A stretch of 44,117 nucleotides of DNA from Verrucomicrobiota bacterium (GTDB lineage Bacteria > Verrucomicrobiota > Verrucomicrobiia > Limisphaerales > SIBE01): positions 1-44,117 of the forward strand of contig JACPRI010000298.1 of NCBI GenBank assembly GCA_016190065.1, in the 5' to 3' direction. Shown piece by piece: positions 29,301 through 35,929 of this stretch. Every line of letters begins with the position of its first letter. Positions within the stretch are counted from its first letter, which is position 1. A program made the translations under genes and the position numbers. The notes under the pieces were generated by a model. The model ran no database searches, was not told the DNA's origin, and worked only from the letters and a program-made list of their open reading frames with translations.

Positions 29301-29816
29301 GGTTGGCCGGGCGGTCGGGATAGGCCTCCGCCAATCGGATGCGCCGTCCCGTGTCACGCGCCACTGCGGCCCCAATTCATTCTGGCCGGCGGAGCGCGTG
29401 GCCATGTTCGAGATATGCGGGTCGCCGCCTTGAGGCGCGCCCGATCCGTCATCCAGCCGCGCCATCAGTTCGGCCTTGGTCCAGTTGTCGGGCCCTTGCA
29501 GGTCCTCCACCTTGACGATGTAGTCAAAATCACCCGTGGCCTTGAAGTAGGCGTAATGGAAGTTGTCCGAGGTATTCCAAATATCGTTCCCGCCGCCGAC
29601 GATAGTGATTTTGCCTCCGGCGATCGTCATTGTTCCCGGCAGACTCGGAGAACCCACGTCCAGATTGTAAAGGGTGGGAGTCGCTGCGTTAACTTGAGAG
29701 GCCGCGGGTAGGGCTATCGCCGCGGCCAGCCAGAATGCCCACGATCTCGTCCGGGGACGAACGACCGTGGCCGATCCATTCAATAGTTTGAATCTGTCAG
29801 TTGAGTACTTATCCAT
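26373..29816 (-). CDS. Large secreted/surface protein: ConA/DUF1349-like, Ig, Big, PA14, Ig, Big, ConA-like, C-terminal domain
   Basis: Signal peptide; two GDFD..V.V...W..A..M..W.RM.R.G..F...YS.DG..W domains; ITTQP..YQW Ig domains; PA14 (F.PP.SGN..F...SDD.S..YLS..EGGGGD); C-terminal LQSA.SVTGPW..YFR. Confidence 0.88.
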   Translation of the reverse strand: MDKYSTDRFKLLNGSATVVRPRTRSWAFWLAAAIALPAASQVNAATPTLYNLDVGSPSLPGTMTIAGGKITIVGGGNDIWNTSDNFHYAYFKATGDFDYIVKVEDLQGPDNWTKAELMARLDDGSGAPQGGDPHISNMATRSAGQNELGPQWRVTRDGASDWRRPIPTARPTYPNTWLRMERLGSVFYLYYSTDGKNWTMYQPTLLDTAGSSPPGADNASSFNQAWPTTILFGLAVTAHNDADPNGGKAVFSNFDAHVAVPIAITTQPASTVSINANKPLVLTVAATGDPVHYQWRKDGTDIKGATAATYTVKLAQISDSGTYSARLFGAGKEVISASSVVTVTPDTEPPKIVSAIGSATLDSIKVTFSEPLDATTAQAAANYKLSGGITVSSATLSAAPNDNQVVLKTSKQSEGATLTLTVSNVKDTANNALVANSTFNFLADKFQTGWATYERWHNENGDPGNITAFADSITAGSIRPPDFSSAVTQFGAPWGARDNYSARVSGFFVPPSSGNFVFFTSSDDASNVYLSTDENPANKKLVAQETGWSNQYQWLTANGGGADTKRSDQFPGTEWPTGNAITLQAGKRYYIEALVDEGGGGDGVDVTFIKEGEADPATSTAGMRMRGSAIGTFLDPNGANVTIAQQPQDITGQENRTAKLSVGATGTSAYGTTVSYQWQKAPPGSSTFSDISGATASSYTTPVLSLADSGAKYRVALSVPTFSTQSSAATLTVVPDTFPPKLDGVGSLIKGTAVEIGLRFDESVEKVSASTAANFALSKGTVTGVRYQQFAHEGEAANFVVGTKGPFNGYAVVLTTSGISPGDTITVTAKNVKDLKGNAIAAAGEARSIKVTQKMKWAAMGGNDYVEGELGGGLTAAPDPSLWPDDAIASGDQDFDLVSGGTANWNNYDEATFVYEEVTGDFDKVVRVEYHDPTSQWARAGMAATPNADEGVTRAQVNGGYTMAKRYFLRANPAVQWNGSGGNNQFEADWRLTDGGNYGGTGAGTPSYPNAWMRMQRTGQTFTGFYSADGKSWTSYGAQTFTTEPMPDKLLVGIYYSPEMNNNETGNGVGHSSVAKFRQYGDFKVGGAAPGRLTVTWAKPNISITWEGDGTLQSAASVTGPWTDVGATKPYSTGATGQATYFRVKGQ

Positions 29817-29980
29817 GCGTCCTTTCACTCAGTTGGTGGGATGAGCTTCATGGCGGCGCAGCGCAAGCGCCGTTGATCTCCGCCCCTGTTCGTTTCCCTC
29901 CCGCAAGTGTGTGTTGCGGGAAATCTTTTGTTCTTCATCGGCTTCCGGGCCGCACCATAACGAGAAACACTTCGAAGGCC

Positions 29981-30150
29981 TTGACCCCTGTCAAAAAACG
30001 GGCCGCATGAATTTGTGATTGGCACGGCAATACTGGGAGACCTCTGATCAAGAGATGGAACTGCGCGGCGGCAGACACCTTCAGTCTGAGTCCGATGGCC
30101 TGACGGTCCCGCCGGGCAAGAAAAGCGAATCGGGCGTTGACGCGGGTCAA
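29981..30150. promoter_or_regulatory. Two TTGAC-N4-GTCAA palindromes (29981-29994, 30137-30150) in a divergent promoter region; CRP/FNR-type boxes
   Basis: TTGACCCCTGTCAA and TTGACGCGGGTCAA, each followed by an A-run. Confidence 0.55.
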
Positions 30151-30185
30151 AAACCGCTGACGAAGGCTTGGCATCATGCGGGCAA

Positions 30186-32174
30186 ATGCGGAAGAGTCAG
30201 AAAGCACGGCTCGCGCTGTCGGCTGGAATTCCTCTGCGCTCCGCCGACGTGAAGGCATGCTCCGGAGACGCGCCAGCGCAGCTTGAAAAATCATCCTTCG
30301 TTTCCACATTTCCAGTTTTGGTTCTATTGCTGTGTTTCTGCATTTACGTCTGGGGGCAGATCGACCCATCGCTCCAGTACCAGGCTGCGGGCCGGACGTT
30401 CATTCTCGGCGCCGAGTTTCTCAAGAGCTACCTCACTCGTCCCGGTGGGATGACCGAGTATGCGACGGTGTTCCTGGCGCAGTTCAATCAGGTCGCCTGG
30501 CTTGGGGCGCTGGGCTTGACGCTTGGGGCCTGGTCAGTGCTTTCCGTCACTCGGCATCTGCTGGACGGGATTGCCGCGCTTCGGCTGGGGCCTGTTTTCT
30601 TCCTGCTCTTGCTGGCCAACCAATACGATTCCGCGCCTTGGCAGACGGTGCTCGAACTGTTCCTTAGCCTCAGCTTTGCGCTCGGCTACGTCGCTCTGCC
30701 TGGGCGGCGCGTGGGGGTGCGGTTCGCCGCATTTGCACCTGGTGCGCTGCTGCTCTATCACCTGGCCGGCGCGGGTCCTTGTTTCCTCTACGGCAGCCTT
30801 TGCGCCCTTTTTGAGTTTGCGCGCACTCGGCACTTTTTGGTGGGGGCGTCCAGTCTCTGCATGACGTGGGCAATTCCGTTTGTGGCCGGCTTTTTGTCGG
30901 GCGTTGATCTCAGCGACAGTTTCAAGCATTGGGGAACGGGAGTTCCATTCTGGCTGGCCGTGGCGTTCTACCTCTTCTTCCCGATCACGGCGTGGCTGGC
31001 CTGGGTCGGGAATGCGAAACGCCGATCGGGCAAGGAGGACTGCGTTCCTCCTCAACGTGAACTGATCCCCCTCACCCCGTCCCTCTCCTCCCGTGAGGGA
31101 GAGGGTGTCCGAAGGACGGGTGAGGGGGATTTCATCCGGCTCCTGGGCCGTGACCAGGTTAAGGCAGATTGCTTCATGCTGGCCCTGTTCCTTCTCATGC
31201 TGGGGTTGGCTTTACTCACGTTCGATCGGAATCGGAAGGCGCGGATGGAGGTCGATCAACTTGCGGAGCGCGGGAGATGGAATGAAGTGTTGGCCACCGC
31301 AGCGAAACTTCACGAGACCAGTCTTTTCTCCGCGCTTCAAGTTGATCGCGCGCTTTTCCATTCGGGCCGGATGGGTGACGAACTCTTCGCCTTTCGTCGA
31401 TTCAAGGGGCTTGATCTTCTGCCCGGCCTGGACAAGGGCCTGGAGCATTGCCGCGCCTTGAGCGCCACCCTTTTGGATCTCGGACACGTTAACCTCGCCG
31501 AACACTTCGCACACGAGGCCCTGGAATTGGAGGGCGAGCGTCCGGTTCTTCTCTGGCTGTTGGCGCGCATCAACGTCCTGAAGGACCGGCCTGACGCAGC
31601 TCGGGTTTTCCTGAATCTGCTGCAGAAAATTCCTTTTCAGCGTGAGGCGGCCGGCCGCTGGCTGTGCGCGCTCGAAGCCGATCCTCAATTGCGGCAGCAA
31701 CAAGACCTGGCGCAAGTTCGTTCTCGCATGGTTGCGGTGGATGAACCCGAGGGCGGTCTGCTCACGGAAACTCTCCTGGAGCAACTCCTGCAAGCGAATC
31801 GTCGGAACCGCATGGCCTTCGAGTACCTGATGGCCCATTGTCTGTTGACTTTCCAACTCGATAAGTTGGTTCAGAACCTTGGCCGGCTGGACGATTTCGA
31901 TTGTCCGACGATTCCCACGCATTACGAGGAAGCGATTCTTTTGCGGCAACGATTCAAAGGAGAAATTCAGATCGATCTCCGCAGCCGAAAAATCAGCTCG
32001 AAGAGCGTGGAAAAGTTTGCGCGGTTCCAAGCGCAAATGGACCGCTTCCAGAACCGACGCGAGGAAGCCCGGACCGCACTGGTGGGCGAGTTTGGCGACA
32101 CCTACTGGTATTACTTTCTTTTCGCGCGAACGGCCGGCCAGAAGGCGACCGCCGTGCAGGAGTCCGAGCAATGA
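30186..32174 (+). CDS. DUF6057-like membrane protein with C-terminal helical/TPR-like region
   Basis: PGG..EY...FL.QF N-terminal motif, multiple TMs, N.MAFEYL.A..LL...L and GDTYWYY C-terminal motifs. Confidence 0.75.
   Translation: MRKSQKARLALSAGIPLRSADVKACSGDAPAQLEKSSFVSTFPVLVLLLCFCIYVWGQIDPSLQYQAAGRTFILGAEFLKSYLTRPGGMTEYATVFLAQFNQVAWLGALGLTLGAWSVLSVTRHLLDGIAALRLGPVFFLLLLANQYDSAPWQTVLELFLSLSFALGYVALPGRRVGVRFAAFAPGALLLYHLAGAGPCFLYGSLCALFEFARTRHFLVGASSLCMTWAIPFVAGFLSGVDLSDSFKHWGTGVPFWLAVAFYLFFPITAWLAWVGNAKRRSGKEDCVPPQRELIPLTPSLSSREGEGVRRTGEGDFIRLLGRDQVKADCFMLALFLLMLGLALLTFDRNRKARMEVDQLAERGRWNEVLATAAKLHETSLFSALQVDRALFHSGRMGDELFAFRRFKGLDLLPGLDKGLEHCRALSATLLDLGHVNLAEHFAHEALELEGERPVLLWLLARINVLKDRPDAARVFLNLLQKIPFQREAAGRWLCALEADPQLRQQQDLAQVRSRMVAVDEPEGGLLTETLLEQLLQANRRNRMAFEYLMAHCLLTFQLDKLVQNLGRLDDFDCPTIPTHYEEAILLRQRFKGEIQIDLRSRKISSKSVEKFARFQAQMDRFQNRREEARTALVGEFGDTYWYYFLFARTAGQKATAVQESEQ
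31067..31130. repeat. CCCCTCACCCCGTCCCTCTCC...GGGAGAGGG..GGACGGGTGAGGGG palindrome inside the CDS
   Basis: In-frame; translates as IPLTPSLSSREGEGVRRTGEGD. Confidence 0.8.
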
Positions 32175-32189
32175 ACCAGAAACTTCCAG

Positions 32190-32503
32190 TTGAAATGGCC
32201 AAAAGAGAACTCAACACGGTTGACGCATCAAGCAGCGAGATTAGCCACAAAGGAGCGCAAAGATCGCAAAGATACCTACTTCGTATCCGTGCAATCCGTG
32301 GTCGCTTTGGTCGCGGCTCGGCTGCGCTGTGTTCTTTCGCTTCTGGTTTGGACCTTCCCATGAACCTGGTAGGGACGGATTCCACTCCGTCCCTGATCTT
32401 ACTCCGCGATCGAACGAGCCATATCGCGGACGCGGTGGAACGCGTCTCTACCAGTTCATGGTCCGTGCGCACGGCTCGAAGGCCGTGGAGGTTTTCCATG
32501 AAA
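32190..32503. repeat. Cluster of several repeat families, including a REP-like GTAGGGACGGATTCCACTCCGTCCC...GGACGCGGTGGAACGCGTCTCTAC unit bounded by CCCATGAACC / GTTCATGG
   Basis: Direct reading of palindromic arms at 32357-32461; CGCAAAGAT and ATCCGTG repeats at 32243-32300. Confidence 0.75.
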
Positions 32504-33994
32504 ACTTTTCCAGATCGAGTGTTGGTGGCCGCGTGGCTGGCAGTTCTACTTTATTTCGGAGAGTGCTCCGTGGGCCATGCCGCCGACTTCAAGAACACCG
32601 CCCCGGCGCAGCGGCCGCCCCGGATGGTTCCTGACTACAATGGCACCACGATTCCGCCAAACATCGCGCCTTTGAATTTCGTCCTGAACGAGCCGGGCGC
32701 GCGATTTCACGTGCGGATTCATTCGACACAAGGCCAACCTATCGAGGTTTCCAGCCGGAAACCGTCCATCGTCATTCCCCTTAAATCGTGGCAAGAACTG
32801 CTGCGTGCGAATGCGGGCCAGCCGCTCTATTTGGAAATATTCGCCGGCGAGGGGCGAGACCAATGGCTGCGCTTCGACACCGTCACCAATCGCATCGCCC
32901 GCGAGGAGATGGATGGTTACCTCGTTTATCGGTTGCTCAAGCCGCTCTACAACATCTATGTCAACCTCAGCATTCATCAGAGAAACCTGCAGAGCTACGA
33001 GGAGCGCGAAGTCTTGCACAACCGGTCCTTTGGCCGCGATTGTCTCAACTGCCACACCTTCCTTAACCAGAGCCCGGACCACATGGCTTTGAACATTCGG
33101 AGCAAAGCTCGCGGGAGCCCCATGCTCTTGGTGCGCTCGAATACCGTGGTCAACGTCGCCAAGACCGCCGGTTACCTTTCCTGGCATCCGAGCGGGCGGC
33201 TCCTGGCTTTTTCCGCCAACAAGCTTTCCCTGTTCTTCCACACGAAAGGCGAGGAGACGCGCGACGTTTTCGACGCCGAATCCGATCTGGGCCTTTACCG
33301 CGTGGACTCGAACACCGTGGTCATGCCGCCGCCGATCGCCAGCACGAACCATGTCGAGACATGGCCCGCGTGGTCGCCGGATGGCCGGCATCTCTACTTC
33401 TGCCGCACGTCCACGGGGCGCCGCCAGCGCTTCGCCCAGGTGCGTTACGATTTGATGCGCGCCGCTTACGATCTCGACCATGATAAGTGGGGCGAACCTG
33501 AAACTCTGGTGTCCGCCCGCGAAACTCGCTTGAGCGCCGCGCAGCCGCGTGTGTCGCCGGACGGACGATTCCTGCTGTTCTGCCTCAGCAAGTATGGCCA
33601 CTTTCCGATCTACCAACCCAACAGCGATCTGTATGTCATGGATCTGGCGAGCCGGAAGTATTGGCGGTTGGAGATCAACAGCGACCAAGCGGACTCCTGG
33701 CACTCGTGGTCGAGCAACAGCCGCTGGATTGTGTTCAGCAGCAAACGCCGCGACGGATTATTCGCCAGGCCTTACTTTAGTCATGTGGACGAGCAAGGGA
33801 TTTTTCACAAACCGTTTTTGCTCCCGCAAAAAGGTCCGGCCTTCTACGACTCGTTCATCAAAACAGTCAACCTGCCCGAATTCATCCGCGAACCGATCCG
33901 GGTCACGCCCGGCGAACTCGCTCGCGCCATCGTCGCCCCGCGCACCGTGCTGACGCCCAAAAGCGAACCGGCGCGGGGAATTGCGTCTCCCTGA
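32498..33994 (+). CDS. TolB-like (PD40) beta-propeller protein with CxxCH motif; paralogue of 17801-20155 without TPRs
   Basis: PDY.G.TIPPNIAPLNF, CLNCH, WHPSGR, WSPDG, DSWHSWSSNSRWIVFSSKR.DGLF; GGAGG RBS before ATG 32498. Confidence 0.85.
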   Translation: MKTFPDRVLVAAWLAVLLYFGECSVGHAADFKNTAPAQRPPRMVPDYNGTTIPPNIAPLNFVLNEPGARFHVRIHSTQGQPIEVSSRKPSIVIPLKSWQELLRANAGQPLYLEIFAGEGRDQWLRFDTVTNRIAREEMDGYLVYRLLKPLYNIYVNLSIHQRNLQSYEEREVLHNRSFGRDCLNCHTFLNQSPDHMALNIRSKARGSPMLLVRSNTVVNVAKTAGYLSWHPSGRLLAFSANKLSLFFHTKGEETRDVFDAESDLGLYRVDSNTVVMPPPIASTNHVETWPAWSPDGRHLYFCRTSTGRRQRFAQVRYDLMRAAYDLDHDKWGEPETLVSARETRLSAAQPRVSPDGRFLLFCLSKYGHFPIYQPNSDLYVMDLASRKYWRLEINSDQADSWHSWSSNSRWIVFSSKRRDGLFARPYFSHVDEQGIFHKPFLLPQKGPAFYDSFIKTVNLPEFIREPIRVTPGELARAIVAPRTVLTPKSEPARGIASP

Positions 33995-34173
33995 TTTCTG
34001 GCGATCATCCTTTGCCCCACGCTGCTGAATTAAGCAGTGCGCGACCACAGGTCTTCTTCCTCTCCCCGCGAGGAATGAGCGGAGAGAGGACCTGAATGAT
34101 CGACATTCAATTTCCTTCGCAGATTGATCTTCGTTCGTTGAAAACTAGTCGGGTTTCATTCACACTTGCCCGT

Positions 34174-35040
34174 GTGAAAATCATCACCGACGAACGTTGC
34201 ACGGCTTACTCATCGCCGGGCCATCCGGAACGTCCCGCGCGCATCAGCAAGAGCCTCGAGCGGCTCCGTGGCCAGACCGACCTCGCCATCGCTTGGGCCG
34301 AACCCCTGATGATCGACGAAGAGATACTGCTCCGCGCCCATTCCAAGGAACACATCGCGAGAGTGAAGGCGGCGGCCCATGATTTCGACGGAGACACTCC
34401 CGCGCACGCCAAGATTTACGAGCACGCCTGCCGTTCGGTCGGCGGCGCGCTGCAGGCGCTGAAAGCAGCGCGCAATGGCCAGGCCGCCTTCACTTTGTTG
34501 CGCCCGCCGGGCCATCACGCGACGCGCGACCGGGCCATGGGTTTTTGCTATTTGAGCACGATTGCGATCACGGCTCTCGAAGCGCTGGCGACGGGCACGG
34601 CGAACGTTGCTGTGTATGATTTCGATGTGCACCACGGGAATGGCACCGAAGCAATCCTGGTCGATCATCCGCACGCGGCGTTTTTCTCGATCCACCAACA
34701 TCCGTGCTATCCGGGGACGGGGACAAAAAACGTCGGCAGCAATTGCTTCAATTATCCGGTCGCGCCTCGGACACCGCGAGTCGAGTATCGCAAAGTCCTG
34801 GCACGAGCGCTGGACGATTTGAAGAAGTTCAAGCCGAACCTGGTGCTGGTGTCCGCGGGTTTCGATGCTTACGCGCGCGATCCAATTGCGCAGGAAACTC
34901 TGGAAGCCGAGGATTTTCACTGGCTGGGGGAATCGATCCGGAAACTCAGCATTCCCGCGTTGAGCCTGCTGGAGGGCGGTTACAGCAGCGATCTGCCCGA
35001 GTTGATCCTGGCTTACTTGAAGGGATTGGAAGGGAAGTGA
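34174..35040 (+). CDS. Histone deacetylase family (acetylpolyamine/acetoin utilisation-type) amidohydrolase
   Basis: HPERP.R, RPPGHHA, MGFC, DFDVHHGNGT, SAGFDA..DP, LEGGY. Confidence 0.93.
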   Translation: MKIITDERCTAYSSPGHPERPARISKSLERLRGQTDLAIAWAEPLMIDEEILLRAHSKEHIARVKAAAHDFDGDTPAHAKIYEHACRSVGGALQALKAARNGQAAFTLLRPPGHHATRDRAMGFCYLSTIAITALEALATGTANVAVYDFDVHHGNGTEAILVDHPHAAFFSIHQHPCYPGTGTKNVGSNCFNYPVAPRTPRVEYRKVLARALDDLKKFKPNLVLVSAGFDAYARDPIAQETLEAEDFHWLGESIRKLSIPALSLLEGGYSSDLPELILAYLKGLEGK

Positions 35041-35113
35041 CAGTGACCGAGACCGAGAAGGGCAATTCCAAAAACATTGTGGGCAGACCGTATTGCCGCT
35101 ACCTTCCAGTATT

Positions 35114-35353
35114 ATGACTGCAGAGGAATTGAAGGAGCTCGTCGCGAGGTCTGCTGTGTCACCCATCCATATTCATACTACAGATGGAGCCATGTATCCC
35201 ATCAATCACCCTGAACTCGCTGTCATATCCCGATCTATGATTGTTATCGGGACGGGGATTGACAACCCGGCGCGTGGCATTCCAGAACGTCTCGCCTTCT
35301 GCCCGATCGCACAGATCACCCGAATCGAAACGTTTCCCCAAAAGGCCGCGTAA
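35114..35353 (+). CDS. Small hypothetical protein
   Basis: P..IH.TDG..Y.I.HPE pattern that I recall from small PVC hypothetical proteins. Confidence 0.65.
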   Translation: MTAEELKELVARSAVSPIHIHTTDGAMYPINHPELAVISRSMIVIGTGIDNPARGIPERLAFCPIAQITRIETFPQKAA

Positions 35354-35482
35354 ATGGCCGAGCAGCGCGTGCGTTGAACGAGTTGCCTCGCCCGACTGGA
35401 GGCTGCCGACCGTATGGCCCGGCGGACCGGAAGGCCGGTGTTCCCAGACTTCAAAAAATCTCACTTTTCGCTTGCCGCACCA

Positions 35483-35524
35483 GGATTACTCGTGTAATCC
35501 TTAGTTGACGTTTACAGATGTAAT
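35483..35524. promoter_or_regulatory. Two BlaI/MecI/CopY-type operators flanking a TTGACG -35-like hexamer
   Basis: GGATTAC-TCGT-GTAATCC (35483-35500) and TTTAC-AGAT-GTAAT (35511-35524); family consensus TACA-N2-TGTA. Confidence 0.8.
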
Positions 35525-35535
35525 CTACAAGACGC

Positions 35536-35910
35536 ATGAAACCGATGCCCAAAATCTCCGAAACCGAATGGGAAGTTATGAAGGTCGTCTGGTCCAGGTC
35601 GCCCCTCTCGGCCGCGGAGATCATCGACGCGCTCATGAAAGCGGACTCCACCTGGCATCCGAAGACGGCCAAGACCCTTTTGAACCGGCTCGTGAAGAAA
35701 AAGGCGCTCGGCTTCAAAAAGGAGGGGCGGGCTTATCTCTATCGTCCGCTCGTCCAGGAAGCGGACTGTGCGCTGGCCGAAAGCGAATCGTTTCTGGACC
35801 GCGTCTTTGGCGGCTCGCTCAAACCCATGCTGGCTCACTTTGTCGAACGCCGAAAGTTATCCGCTCAGGAGATTCAGGAGCTAAAGCGGCTGCTCGAGGG
35901 CCGAGAATGA
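35536..35910 (+). CDS. BlaI/MecI/CopY family repressor
   Basis: ISETEWEVMKVVW, W.PKT.KTLL.RLVKK, Y.YRPLV, FLDRVFGGS...L.HF. Confidence 0.95.
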   Translation: MKPMPKISETEWEVMKVVWSRSPLSAAEIIDALMKADSTWHPKTAKTLLNRLVKKKALGFKKEGRAYLYRPLVQEADCALAESESFLDRVFGGSLKPMLAHFVERRKLSAQEIQELKRLLEGRE

Positions 35911-35929
35911 AAGCCTGGGAAGGCCAGCC

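Noticed and set aside
30019-30036. Sigma-54 promoter (TGGCACG)
   Set aside because: The -24 element matches but the -12 position reads ATAC instead of TTGC
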